64,000 bases of DNA, from positions 2,589 to 66,588 of the IMG/VR virus record IMGVR_UViG_2974603165_000001; one strand, written 5' to 3'. Both the position numbers and the translations under genes were made by a program. Below the pieces are notes generated by a model. That model was given only the letters and a program-made list of their open reading frames with translations. It made no database searches and was not told the origin of the DNA. The stretch comes from a virus. Lineage: Duplodnaviria > Heunggongvirae > Uroviricota > Caudoviricetes. Shown here piece after piece: positions 18,683 to 28,470 of this stretch (position 1 is the stretch's first letter; the number at the start of each line of letters is the position of its first letter).

Positions 18683-19408
18683 TTGACAAAGAAGGTTATC
18701 ATCCTGTACGATTATACGTCCGTCATGGCACAGCCTTGGCTACGTGCAGGATATGAGGTGTGGACTTTTGATGGTCAACACCCGATAGGTATCACCCGTG
18801 ACGGCGATCTGGTCAAGGTAGGTATGTGGTTTTACCACGACAAAACCTTAGAGCAGGCCAAAGAGATCCGAGATATGGTTGGTGAAGGTGTTGAGGTAGT
18901 CTTCGGATTCCCTGAATGCACCCACTTAACCAATGCCGGATCTCGTCACTGGGCCAAGAAACGAGCAGCAAACCCAAACTTCCAAGTAGAAGCGATGGAG
19001 TTGTGTCTGTTGGTAGAGAAGGTAGGCAACCAGTACGAGGTGCCTTGGGCATTTGAGAACCCGGTAGGTGTTCTTTCGTCCATGTATCGCACCCCAGACT
19101 ACTACTTTGACCCGAAAGATTACGGTCAATACCTCCCAGAGGATGACGTACATCCGATCTACCCACAGATTTATCCCCCACGGGATCAGTACAACAAGAA
19201 AACTTGTATCTGGATGGGTAATGGTGCCAAACAACCATTGAAGAAGCCACTACCAGCCCTACATAAAGCAAATCCTGGCTGGGCATTGTGTGGTGGAAAA
19301 TCTACCAAGACGAAGAATATCCGTAGCTGCACACCTCGCGGCTTTGCGGAAGCATTCTTCCATGACAATCAAAAGGTCGAAGATGAGAAACTTGGAAGAA
19401 CTGAGTAG
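18683..19408 (+). CDS. DNA cytosine-C5 methyltransferase-like protein (divergent, compact)
   Basis: GFPECTHL (motif IV-like Cys), FENPVG (motif VI-like), KKTC.W, RSCTP.GFA. Confidence 0.7.
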   Translation: MTKKVIILYDYTSVMAQPWLRAGYEVWTFDGQHPIGITRDGDLVKVGMWFYHDKTLEQAKEIRDMVGEGVEVVFGFPECTHLTNAGSRHWAKKRAANPNFQVEAMELCLLVEKVGNQYEVPWAFENPVGVLSSMYRTPDYYFDPKDYGQYLPEDDVHPIYPQIYPPRDQYNKKTCIWMGNGAKQPLKKPLPALHKANPGWALCGGKSTKTKNIRSCTPRGFAEAFFHDNQKVEDEKLGRTE

Positions 19409-19559
19409 AAACGTACACATCCTCACTACAAACGGAGTTTTCCGTGTGCAGGAGATGCAGAGACTGCTCAATCAAGCCTTTGATCAAGGCTACTCGCTAT
19501 CAGGTGGACTGACTGCGATTGGAACCACGCTTCACGCTGTGGTGACTAAACCATTTTAG
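19383..19559 (+). CDS. hypothetical protein
   Basis: short ORF between MTase and primase. Confidence 0.5.
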   Translation: MRNLEELSRNVHILTTNGVFRVQEMQRLLNQAFDQGYSLSGGLTAIGTTLHAVVTKPF

Positions 19560-19567
19560 GGAGGAAC

Positions 19568-21496
19568 ATGGACGCAGGTCTGTTTGGTGGCTACAAAGAG
19601 GGGTATAAAAACCCCAAGGCATTCAAGAAAGGTGGAGGCGGAGTGACGTTTAAGGTCGAAGAGACTATCGAGGACATCTCAGGGTATCCTTGCCTGGCAA
19701 TCCCAGAGCGTGGTATTACCCGTGAGACTGCGGAACACTTTGGTATTCGTGTCAAGCTGGACGGTCAGACGGGGATGCGGCATGACGCCCACTACTTCCC
19801 GTACTACTACGACGGCAAACTGGCGGGATACAAGAAACGTGATCTGACTAAACCGAAGGCAGATAAAGGACACTTTACCGTTGTGGGCTTCCAGTCTGTA
19901 GCGTGTGAGATGTTTGGTCTGCAAGCGGCTAACTCAACAGGTGGCAAGCGTGTGTTCATCACAGAAGGTGAATATGATGCGGCGATCCTGTACCAGGTTC
20001 TGAAAGAGAAATACCCGCGTGGTAACCCAAGCGTGGTGTCAATCTCCAACGGTACTTCAAACGCAGTGCAGAACATCGGGCAGAAGGTAAACCAGAAGTT
20101 TATCAAACGTCATGGTGAGATCGTCATGTGCTTTGATGCGGATAAGGCTAACGAGGCCGAAAAGCAGAAGAAGATCATGAAAGGTCGTGATGCAACAGCA
20201 GCGGTTTACTCTCTGATGCCAGAGATTAAGGTTGCTGACTTCCCAGACGATCTTGACCCGTGCGACATGGTTGCACAAGGTCTGTCTGAACAGCTTTACT
20301 GGTCTGCAATGAAGCCCGTAGAGTATGTGCCGGAAGGTTTCCGAACCTATGACCAGATCCGTAACAAGGCGCAAGAACTGCCTCGTTTGGGTCGCCCGTG
20401 GCCTTGGCCTACAATGACCAAGATGACTCTGGGTCGTCGTGAGGGTGAAGGATACTTCATCGGTGCTGGCGTTAAGATGGGCAAATCCGAATGGCTGAAC
20501 CAGCTTGCGGAACACATCTTCAAAGTCGAAGGGACAAAGGTTGCTTTGTTCAAGTTCGAGGAAGAGAACGCCATTACCTGTAAGAAGATCGCGGGTAAAC
20601 TGTTCCATAAAGACTTCACCAACGCAGAGAAAGTCTGCTTGCCTGATGGTCTGGGTGGATGGATCGACGTTTGGGGCAACCCGGTTACACCGGATATGCG
20701 TGGCTATTTTGTCCAGGAAGAACTGGTCAATGCTACGGATCAGGTGGGTGATAACATCATCTACTACTCAAACTACGGTCGTGCGGTTTGGGATGAAGTG
20801 AAGGGTGCGATTCGTCACGCAGTGCTCGTAGAGGGCGCGAAGGACGTGTTCATTGACCCGATCACTCGACTGACTCAGGGCATGACAGCCTCGGAAGCCA
20901 ACACCGAACTGGAGCGTTTCTCTGATGAGATCTCCAAAATGGCGAAGGAACTGGGCTTCACATACTACTGCTTCTGTCACCTGAACAAGCCGGAAAACGG
21001 TAAGCCACACGAATTTGGTGGTCAGGTTCAGTCTGCTCAGTTCGCTGGTTCTCGTGCCATGATGCGTAACACGTATTACATGGTCGGTATCGAGCGTAAC
21101 AAAGACCCAGAACTGTCACCGAAAGAGCGTAACACCTCTTACTTCGTGATTCTGGATGACCGTAAGCATGGTCGTGCTGGTAAATTCCCGGTGTTCTACG
21201 ATGTAGACACGGGCGATTACTTAGAGCCGCCAGAAGGATTCTTGGAGTCTGATTGCCAGACACTGCGTGAGTGGTACAACATTCACCCAGAGACCAAGGA
21301 CGTAGTGAATAGTGGTGCTCTACAGGAACTGTCTTCGGACAACCAAGAGAACCAGCATTACACAGACCTGTCTGAGGAAGACATTCCTAAAGATGAGGAC
21401 GGAGACACTAAACTGACTCCTGTCACAAACTCAGCTTTGGTTGTGCCAGAAATCGGTCAGGTATTCACCGGAATGGATGACGACGCCCCATTCTAA
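19568..21496 (+). CDS. T7 gp4-like DNA primase/helicase
   Basis: TOPRIM ITEGEYDA..SISNG..CFDAD, DPCD; helicase GVKMGKS, FIDPIT, HLNK, FAGS. Confidence 0.92.
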   Translation: MDAGLFGGYKEGYKNPKAFKKGGGGVTFKVEETIEDISGYPCLAIPERGITRETAEHFGIRVKLDGQTGMRHDAHYFPYYYDGKLAGYKKRDLTKPKADKGHFTVVGFQSVACEMFGLQAANSTGGKRVFITEGEYDAAILYQVLKEKYPRGNPSVVSISNGTSNAVQNIGQKVNQKFIKRHGEIVMCFDADKANEAEKQKKIMKGRDATAAVYSLMPEIKVADFPDDLDPCDMVAQGLSEQLYWSAMKPVEYVPEGFRTYDQIRNKAQELPRLGRPWPWPTMTKMTLGRREGEGYFIGAGVKMGKSEWLNQLAEHIFKVEGTKVALFKFEEENAITCKKIAGKLFHKDFTNAEKVCLPDGLGGWIDVWGNPVTPDMRGYFVQEELVNATDQVGDNIIYYSNYGRAVWDEVKGAIRHAVLVEGAKDVFIDPITRLTQGMTASEANTELERFSDEISKMAKELGFTYYCFCHLNKPENGKPHEFGGQVQSAQFAGSRAMMRNTYYMVGIERNKDPELSPKERNTSYFVILDDRKHGRAGKFPVFYDVDTGDYLEPPEGFLESDCQTLREWYNIHPETKDVVNSGALQELSSDNQENQHYTDLSEEDIPKDEDGDTKLTPVTNSALVVPEIGQVFTGMDDDAPF

Positions 21497-21510
21497 TCTA
21501 AATAAATCCA

Positions 21511-21541
21511 GGACGGGCGGCGATACAGCCCAGCCCGTTCC
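21511..21541 (+). promoter_or_regulatory. GC-rich stem-loop directly upstream of polymerase RBS
   Basis: GGACGGGC...GCCCGTTCC, no U-tract, then GGAGG and TTG start. Confidence 0.35.
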
Positions 21542-21552
21542 ATACGGAGGCA

Positions 21553-24255
21553 TTGTTGAAAGGTTTATTTATTCATGACACCGAAGCTGACGGTCTGTTA
21601 GATGAGGTGACTAAGTACCACTGTACCCTGCTGAAAGAGTACGGTGTGAACAACTGGAACTTGTTCCTTGACCCGTCGCACGAAGAGTACGAGAGTGCTG
21701 TGAACTTCGCCAACAATCAAGGTGTCAATCTGACAATTCGTTCTTACGATGAGTTGGAATCGTTCCTCAAGACTTGTAAAGGTCTTGCGTGTCATAACTC
21801 GTTTGGATACGATCACCCGTTGTGGTTAAAGCTCTCGGGCATTACCTACGACATGTTCAAAGATAAGGGTTGTCGCGGTACGATTGGCGACGCACAGGTT
21901 GACCTGTACGACACATTATCTATGAGCCGTGTTCTGTTCCCAGACCGTTTGCTGCCAGCGGGTTGCCCGGACAGTGTGATGAACCCGGTAACTGGCAAGC
22001 GCCAGAAGGTCGGCCCTCACGGACTGTTAGCATGGGGTTACCGTGTAGCCAACAAGAAAGTGCAGATTGATGACTGGCGTAACCAACCACTATGGGAATA
22101 CGTTCACCGTGTGTGGGAAGACGTGCTGATCAACGAAGCCGTATGGTCTGAGTTGATGAAAGAAGCATCTGGTAAACGCTGGCCCGAGGATTTGGCTTTC
22201 ATGTACACTGACAAGCCGTCAGGCATGAAGCAAATCAACTGGAAAGTCGCTCTTCGTCGGCGTATGCTGACGGACTACTTAATGATTGAGCAGGAACGTC
22301 AAGGCGTTAAGTTCGATGAGGAAGGTGGTAGGGCGCTATGTGCGTATGCAGATGAGCAAATGCACAATATCGAATCGGAAGTGGAGCCTCAGTTGCCACC
22401 AAAAGAGATGTCAAAGTCTCAGCAACCTAAATTCCCTGCTTCACCGTTCGATGGTTCCGGTAACATCTCGCACCACGGCTGGAACTGGCTTGAATACAAG
22501 CTCGGTTACCCGGTGAACCGCGAGGCACTGGAGTACAAAGCTCCTCCGAAGACTGCATTTAAGGCAGACGGCACAGTGAGTGCAGCGGGGGAGAACTACT
22601 GCAAGAAGAATGGGATTGAAGACCCAACACTTTTCGCAGAGTTCATTCGCTCACAGCGTCAGTTGGAACAAAACCTTGAGGCATTGCCTCCTGACTTGAT
22701 GGAAAAGGCGAAGATCGACCTGCGTAACCAGGTGATGCCTGACTTGATGGTTCCGATGAAGATCTCGAACCAGGATGACATCAAGAAATACCTGATCCGC
22801 GACGCGGGTTGGAAGCCAACCATGTGGCGTGTGAAGGACGTTACCCGAGACCAATTCAAGAAGTCCCGCTCCGAGGCGGAGATCAAAGAGTTGGTCACCA
22901 AATACCTGGAAGAGTTGGATGTGTCAGAGTACAAAACCCTGATCATTGAGCATCTCAACCAGACGGATGAGAAGTTTAAGATCGGACAGAGAAAGTTCGA
23001 TCACCGAAAGGATAACTTCAAGACCGAGGAAGAGGTCTTCAAGAAGTTCTTGCGTAAAGCGCGACAGCTTCCAACCTCTCCGCAGTTGAAGGATAACTTC
23101 GGCAAGCTCTGCCCGAACCTTGAGAAGATCGACGTTCACCTGGCGAAGATGATTGTGAAGTGGTTATCATACCGCAACCGTCGTTCTGTCCTTGATCCTA
23201 TCGACGAGGATAAGAATGATACGGGGCTGTTGAACCACCCGCGATTGAAGATCGACGGTAAACTCCCGGCAAGATTCTCTGGGATCACCAACACCGGGCG
23301 TTGTAAGCACACCGTGTGTGCGAACATGCCAAAGCCTGACCCTAAAGTTCTCTTGGGTAAAGAGATGCGTGGGTTGTGGGGTGTTGACACCGAGAAATAC
23401 TACCAGGTTGGTATCGACGGATCGAACCTCGAAGGGATGGTTGCAGCGTGGGGTGCTTACCAGTTCGATAACGGTGAATACCTGCGAATTATGGAGAGCG
23501 GTGACGCTCACGCACGAAACGCAGAAGCCTACACCAAAGCAGCGGGTAAAGAAGTAACCCGTAACGGCGGTAAGGGTGTCACCTACGGGATTATGTACGG
23601 TGCTCAGGCGGCTAAGATTGCCTCGATGCTGGACATCTCGATGGAAGCGGCACAGCGCGTAATTGATGCCTTCTGGGATAGCAACTACGGGTTGAAAGGT
23701 CGTAAAGAATGGCTGGAGTCATTCTACGAGGCCACAGGGAAACGCTTCATCCCTGGCATTGATGGTCGTAAGATCTGGTGTCGTTCTAAGCACTCACTGC
23801 TGAACGCTTACCAACAGAATGGTGGTGCCTCACTGTTCGATTTGGTTGGGATCTTGCTCCATTGGGAACTGGTTAAACGCGGTTGGTATGATGATGACGT
23901 TCGTCGTATCATCTACTACCACGATGAATATCAGTTGCAGGTGCCTAAGAAGTACCTCCAGAAGTGGGAGTTCGATACTCTTGAGGAGGCTGATGCCTTT
24001 GCCGCAGCGTGTGCTGCTAAAGGTCGAGTGCTCGATGGTCATGACTACAAAGAGCCTCTGAAAGACCTGGAAGGCAACAAGATCAAAGGCCAGTTTACCC
24101 CTGTGCTGAATGAGAATGGAAAAATTCAAATTCAGTATTGCCCTGTCGGTGAGATGGTGGTAAAGTGTGTTGAGAAGGCAGCGAAGATGATGGGGTCACC
24201 TGTCCACATCACCGGAGCATACTTGACTGGTAACAACTGGGCTGAGTGCCACTAA
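21553..24255 (+). CDS. DNA polymerase, family A (T7-like) with 3'-5' exonuclease
   Basis: Exo I HDTEADG, Exo II HN..GYD, Exo III DV.IN; motif A DGSNLE, motif B R...K...YG..YG, motif C YHDE. Confidence 0.95.
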   Translation: MLKGLFIHDTEADGLLDEVTKYHCTLLKEYGVNNWNLFLDPSHEEYESAVNFANNQGVNLTIRSYDELESFLKTCKGLACHNSFGYDHPLWLKLSGITYDMFKDKGCRGTIGDAQVDLYDTLSMSRVLFPDRLLPAGCPDSVMNPVTGKRQKVGPHGLLAWGYRVANKKVQIDDWRNQPLWEYVHRVWEDVLINEAVWSELMKEASGKRWPEDLAFMYTDKPSGMKQINWKVALRRRMLTDYLMIEQERQGVKFDEEGGRALCAYADEQMHNIESEVEPQLPPKEMSKSQQPKFPASPFDGSGNISHHGWNWLEYKLGYPVNREALEYKAPPKTAFKADGTVSAAGENYCKKNGIEDPTLFAEFIRSQRQLEQNLEALPPDLMEKAKIDLRNQVMPDLMVPMKISNQDDIKKYLIRDAGWKPTMWRVKDVTRDQFKKSRSEAEIKELVTKYLEELDVSEYKTLIIEHLNQTDEKFKIGQRKFDHRKDNFKTEEEVFKKFLRKARQLPTSPQLKDNFGKLCPNLEKIDVHLAKMIVKWLSYRNRRSVLDPIDEDKNDTGLLNHPRLKIDGKLPARFSGITNTGRCKHTVCANMPKPDPKVLLGKEMRGLWGVDTEKYYQVGIDGSNLEGMVAAWGAYQFDNGEYLRIMESGDAHARNAEAYTKAAGKEVTRNGGKGVTYGIMYGAQAAKIASMLDISMEAAQRVIDAFWDSNYGLKGRKEWLESFYEATGKRFIPGIDGRKIWCRSKHSLLNAYQQNGGASLFDLVGILLHWELVKRGWYDDDVRRIIYYHDEYQLQVPKKYLQKWEFDTLEEADAFAAACAAKGRVLDGHDYKEPLKDLEGNKIKGQFTPVLNENGKIQIQYCPVGEMVVKCVEKAAKMMGSPVHITGAYLTGNNWAECH

Positions 24256-24259
24256 TTTG

Positions 24260-24277
24260 GATGCCCTTCGGGGCATC
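24260..24277 (+). terminator. hairpin after polymerase
   Basis: GATGCCC-TTCG-GGGCATC. Confidence 0.55.
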
Positions 24278-24296
24278 TCTCAACTGAGGAGTAAAC

Positions 24297-24695
24297 ATGA
24301 CACACGAATTGAGCAAAGAATTCAAAGACTTCATGATCGCGCTGAAAGCATGGGTAGATGAAGGTTGCCCTGAACCAACCGAAGATCAAAAACACATCGG
24401 TATGGGTTTCCGTAAGGATGACAGCATCTGCTTCCAGATTAGTCGTTGGACGGAAGATGAAGATGCTATTGAGCAGATCGACGATGACCTGCAACATCTG
24501 TTCAAAAAGCAATTCGAAAAGGTAGATTTCCCATTCAACAAACTGGATGGCGACTTCGGTAACTCTGCGGAATACGACGCAGAGATTGAAAACGAAACCC
24601 ACTATCAAAACCCAGAGCGTTTGAAGTGGATTAATGATACCGTCGCTTCTTTTGAGGAGAAAGCGGATGAAAATTCGCGAGAACAAAACGTTTGA
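24297..24695 (+). CDS. acidic hypothetical protein
   Basis: ORF after GAGGAG. Confidence 0.7.
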   Translation: MTHELSKEFKDFMIALKAWVDEGCPEPTEDQKHIGMGFRKDDSICFQISRWTEDEDAIEQIDDDLQHLFKKQFEKVDFPFNKLDGDFGNSAEYDAEIENETHYQNPERLKWINDTVASFEEKADENSREQNV

Positions 24696-24840
24696 CACGT
24701 TAGAGGAATTAGTTCAGTATTTAGGTGACCCGGAGCGTGTTGGCAAGAACAACACCTGGGTCGCTAAGAACTATTCTCTGGCACAATTGATTTACGATTT
24801 GAGGAGAATAAATGAGCAAGACAATGATCAACTACGGTGA
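24667..24840 (+). CDS. hypothetical protein
   Basis: short overlapping ORF after GAGGAG. Confidence 0.5.
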   Translation: MKIRENKTFDTLEELVQYLGDPERVGKNNTWVAKNYSLAQLIYDLRRINEQDNDQLR

Positions 24841-25198
24841 CTTCGTAGCTATCCAGAAAAAGTCAGGCAGCAACAACGCAGCCAAGCACCTGTTCAAACA
24901 GGTTGTGGCGCTCAACGGGTTGAAGCGTAATGTGGGTGACCGCCGTCAGAACATCATTTTCAATGGTGATCTTTACGGGGTGTCTGTAGGTGTGAAACCA
25001 GAGTGTCGTCAGTTTGATGATGACTACGTTGGGCTTATTCACATTGACCCATTATTCGGTACGATTGAGATGTCTCAACGTCACGACCTGAAAGAGAACC
25101 CGAAGCACAACTTGATCCGCTCTACCGGAGTCAAGGCCCGGACGGTTAAAATCCAGACTTCATATCCGACAGGATTTAAAATCTGGCAAAAAGTTTAA
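24812..25198 (+). CDS. hypothetical protein
   Basis: ORF after GAGGAG. Confidence 0.7.
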   Translation: MSKTMINYGDFVAIQKKSGSNNAAKHLFKQVVALNGLKRNVGDRRQNIIFNGDLYGVSVGVKPECRQFDDDYVGLIHIDPLFGTIEMSQRHDLKENPKHNLIRSTGVKARTVKIQTSYPTGFKIWQKV

Positions 25199-25206
25199 AA
25201 TAAGTA

Positions 25207-25235
25207 TTGACGAGAAGATAAAAGGAGAACATAAT
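25207..25235 (+). promoter_or_regulatory. sigma70-like promoter
   Basis: TTGACG-17-CATAAT. Confidence 0.65.
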
Positions 25236-25384
25236 GCTCTACATCAACAGCGCGATATTCGTTACCAAGTGGTTTGCACTGATTGAACCAGTGAATGACA
25301 ACTTCGGTGGCGACGGCAAACGCGCCAGAACACGTTTCTACTCGTAAGTTAAACTGACTAAAACATTCTCAGAAGGAGAAAATA

Positions 25385-27427
25385 ATGACTGCAACTGCAC
25401 AATACCCACAGAACCCGACTTTCACTCAGTTCCGTGATGCGATCAAAGCACAATTCGAAGTGCTGAAAACCCTGGGTGAACTGTACCTCGTTGACCTGGT
25501 GAAGGACGACCTGTACCAGTTCTATCTGGATTCTTATCCAGAAGGAACCAACGTGATCTATCGTGAGCGTCTGGAGTATGACGGTAACTACGATAAGAGC
25601 TTCATCCGCACTGCTGGTCGTGTGGTAGCGATCCACAACGGTAAGCTGGTCTCTGTGTGGGATGTCCAGATCGGTGGTTATTACCAAGTCGTTGCTGATG
25701 CAATGAAAGAAATGGTTGAAGGTGCTCAGATCAAAGACCGCTTCTTCCACTTCGAAAGCAAAGTCGGCATGGAAAGCAACATCGAACTAAATCAGGAGAC
25801 GGGTAAAACCAAAACCTGGCGTCACTTCCATGTTCAACTGCCTTCGGCTGTGGTGAAGGATGGTTCTGAGATCCCAACCTTACGTGGTGAACTCCGTACC
25901 AACTACGAGATGTTGTCTCGTTCCCTGAAAGACTTCACCGTCGATGCAGCGGATACCATTCTGGATCTGATTGCTCAGGACTCTCTGTACAAAGGTGCTG
26001 AGAAAAAGGGTATCGTGGAAGCGTTCCTTAAAGCGAAAAAGGCTTACGACAAAACCCCAGTTGAGCAGCGAGAGTTGTTCTGCTGGAAAGAAAGCGAGAA
26101 GCTGGGTAAGAAAGGCCGCTTCCGTGGTGATGTAGTCGGCACTCTGCTGGGTGACCTGTCAGAAGGTAAGGATCTGGAAGCGGCGGTAGCCAGCTTTGAG
26201 AGCAAAGTTGACAGCACCAACTACAAACGCACCACTGCGTTGATCACTCCTGCTATGGTTAAGTCCGCACAGGAGAAGGTTGTAGCGCTGGGCTTGCAGG
26301 ATTCCTTGGCTCGTCGCTTTGCGGTGACCTCTGATCTGACTATCAACAACGTTCTGTTTGCGGATCGCACAGCGAAAGCACAGATGAACGTGTTCGACCA
26401 GTTGGCTTCGGATACCAAAACCGCGCCGAAAAAGCTGGATAAGGTTGAAGAGATCAGCATCGCTGACTTCATCAAGAATGTCCTGCCGAAAGCACAGACA
26501 TTAGAACTGTTGGTTGAGAACCGCTTGCAGCCGAACTTGGTTAGCTTGATTGCTCCGGCAAACGAAGGCGCACCGAACCTGTTCAAGTGGGATAACGGCT
26601 TCTCTTGGTCGTATAACGGCGAAGTGACCGACTCAATCAAAGAGCGTGTGAAAGCCGCTGGCGGTAATGTAACGGGTGACCTGCGTGTATCCCTGTCCTG
26701 GTACAACTCGGACGACCTGGATCTGCATGTTCATGAGCCGCGTGGTGGTGAAATCAGCTACTGCAACAAGAAAGGTTCCTCAACAGGTGAACTTGATGTG
26801 GATATGAATGCCTTTGGCAAGTCTGACCCACACAACCCGGTTGAGAACGTGACCTGGCAGGATGCTGCACGTATCACCGAAGGCGAATACCGTGTTGTGG
26901 TGAACAACTACAACAAGCGTATGTCTGACCGCGTAGGCTTTGAAGTGCAGATGGAGTTCAAAGGTCAGGTGTTCAGCTTCGCCTACCCACAAGCGGTGCC
27001 TAACAAAGGCAATGTGGAAGTGGTACGCTTCAAGTATACTCGTGCGAATGGTGTTGAAATCATCAAGAGCCTGGGTCATACTCAGAAGAGCCAAGATGCT
27101 TGGGGTATCAAGACTGAGACCTTCCAGAAGGTTGCATTAGTCCTGAACTCACCGAACTTCTGGGATGACCAGACTATCGGTAACCAGCACTTCTTCTTCA
27201 TGCTGGAAGGTTGTCAGAACCCTGAGTCAACTCGCGGCTTCTACAACGAATACCTGCGTGATGAGCTTCACGAACACCGCAAGGTCTTCGAGATGCTGGC
27301 TGGTAAGCTGAAAGCTGACTTCACCGAAGATCAGTTGAGCGGCCTGGGCTTCTCCGTTACCAAGCGTAACGAAGTGGTGGTTAAAGTGACTGGTTCCTTC
27401 AACCGCACACTGAAAATTAAATTCTAA
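25385..27427 (+). CDS. large phage protein with C-terminal YfaP/DUF2135-like domain
   Basis: LSW..SDDLDLHV.EP.G..I.Y..K....G.LDVD..PVEN..W...GEYRV.VNNY. Confidence 0.7.
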   Translation: MTATAQYPQNPTFTQFRDAIKAQFEVLKTLGELYLVDLVKDDLYQFYLDSYPEGTNVIYRERLEYDGNYDKSFIRTAGRVVAIHNGKLVSVWDVQIGGYYQVVADAMKEMVEGAQIKDRFFHFESKVGMESNIELNQETGKTKTWRHFHVQLPSAVVKDGSEIPTLRGELRTNYEMLSRSLKDFTVDAADTILDLIAQDSLYKGAEKKGIVEAFLKAKKAYDKTPVEQRELFCWKESEKLGKKGRFRGDVVGTLLGDLSEGKDLEAAVASFESKVDSTNYKRTTALITPAMVKSAQEKVVALGLQDSLARRFAVTSDLTINNVLFADRTAKAQMNVFDQLASDTKTAPKKLDKVEEISIADFIKNVLPKAQTLELLVENRLQPNLVSLIAPANEGAPNLFKWDNGFSWSYNGEVTDSIKERVKAAGGNVTGDLRVSLSWYNSDDLDLHVHEPRGGEISYCNKKGSSTGELDVDMNAFGKSDPHNPVENVTWQDAARITEGEYRVVVNNYNKRMSDRVGFEVQMEFKGQVFSFAYPQAVPNKGNVEVVRFKYTRANGVEIIKSLGHTQKSQDAWGIKTETFQKVALVLNSPNFWDDQTIGNQHFFFMLEGCQNPESTRGFYNEYLRDELHEHRKVFEMLAGKLKADFTEDQLSGLGFSVTKRNEVVVKVTGSFNRTLKIKF

Positions 27428-27433
27428 CAGGTA

Positions 27434-27462
27434 TTGACCTGTAACGTGGGAGGGGATATACT
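27434..27462 (+). promoter_or_regulatory. sigma70-like promoter
   Basis: TTGACC-17-TATACT. Confidence 0.75.
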
Positions 27463-27502
27463 CCTCCTACAAACTTAAAAACTGCAAAGGAGAAACAAAA
27501 CA

Positions 27503-27907
27503 ATGGCTATCACTACTGCACCTGAACTGTTCGAACTGGCTACTCGTCAGAAACTGCGTTTCGAATCACCACGCGGCCTGCTGACCGTTGAAGACCTGTG
27601 GGATCTGCCGATGACTGGCGCGGTGTCCTTAGATATCGTATCCAAGCTGGCAAACCGCGATGTGAAAGCATCGGAAGAAGAGAGCTTCGTGACCGCCTCA
27701 ACAGCGCAGAGCACTAAAGCCCTCCTGAAACTGGAAGTGCTGAAATACATCATTGCCGTCCGTAAAGACGAGATCGCACAGCGTCAGCTTGTGGCTCAGA
27801 AAGCGGAACGTAAGCAGAAACTTCTGTCTCTGCTGGCGGAACAGGATGAAGCCGCAGATAAGAAACTGTCTCGCGACGAGATCCTGAAAGAACTGGCAGA
27901 CCTGTAA
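27503..27907 (+). CDS. conserved phage hypothetical coiled-coil protein
   Basis: FELATRQKLRF.SPRGLL.VEDLWDLP pattern; AAGGAG RBS. Confidence 0.8.
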   Translation: MAITTAPELFELATRQKLRFESPRGLLTVEDLWDLPMTGAVSLDIVSKLANRDVKASEEESFVTASTAQSTKALLKLEVLKYIIAVRKDEIAQRQLVAQKAERKQKLLSLLAEQDEAADKKLSRDEILKELADL

Positions 27908-27921
27908 TAGGGTTACCTTCC

Positions 27922-27946
27922 AAAGCCCCTTATAGGGGCTTTTCTT
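27922..27946 (+). terminator. intrinsic terminator
   Basis: AAAGCCCCT-TAT-AGGGGCTTT + T run. Confidence 0.75.
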
Positions 27947-27966
27947 GTATCTGAGAGGAGAAAAAT

Positions 27967-28470
27967 ATGTTGGCTACAATCAAAGAGATCATGGCAGAGG
28001 CTGCTGGACTCCCTGAATGCGATGAAATTTTTTCAGAAAAACATAAGTACGTTGTTTTTGCTCACGATTCAATTCTGGATTTAAAAGAGTGGACTGCTGG
28101 CGATTTTTTCCGGGTAGATGACCAGGTTTATGTAATGGGTAACAAGGGACAGTTCCGTCGTGCCAATAACCACCCAGCGAACCCTTGGCGTGTAGAGATG
28201 GGGATGCTTTACCATGAGAACCCCGGCTACCATAAGAAAAAGATTGCGAAACGCAACTACGGCTCTTGGGGTAAGATTCTGGAGGAGTTGGAAGAACTGA
28301 ACGATGCTCATGAGCAGGGCAGCAAGATCATGCAATTGGTCGAACTCTCTGACCTCTACGGTGCCATTGAAGGTTACCTTGAAGAACGATTCCCAGGTAT
28401 GAAGATGCACGACCTGAAAAAGTTCTCTGACATCACCAAACGTGCATTCAGAAGCGGAGAACGGAAATGA
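27967..28470 (+). CDS. protein with C-terminal MazG-like NTP pyrophosphohydrolase domain
   Basis: KILEELEEL.DA.....IMQLVELSDLYGA (EExxE..ExxD all-alpha motif). Confidence 0.75.
   Translation: MLATIKEIMAEAAGLPECDEIFSEKHKYVVFAHDSILDLKEWTAGDFFRVDDQVYVMGNKGQFRRANNHPANPWRVEMGMLYHENPGYHKKKIAKRNYGSWGKILEELEELNDAHEQGSKIMQLVELSDLYGAIEGYLEERFPGMKMHDLKKFSDITKRAFRSGERK

Noticed and set aside
22250-23150. Possible intein or intron in DNA polymerase
   Set aside because: No C/S...HN splice motifs or LAGLIDADG signature and no frame break; treated as ordinary insert
25300-25340. GGCAAAC resembling a c-di-GMP riboswitch
   Set aside because: The remaining GEMM consensus and second stem are not present
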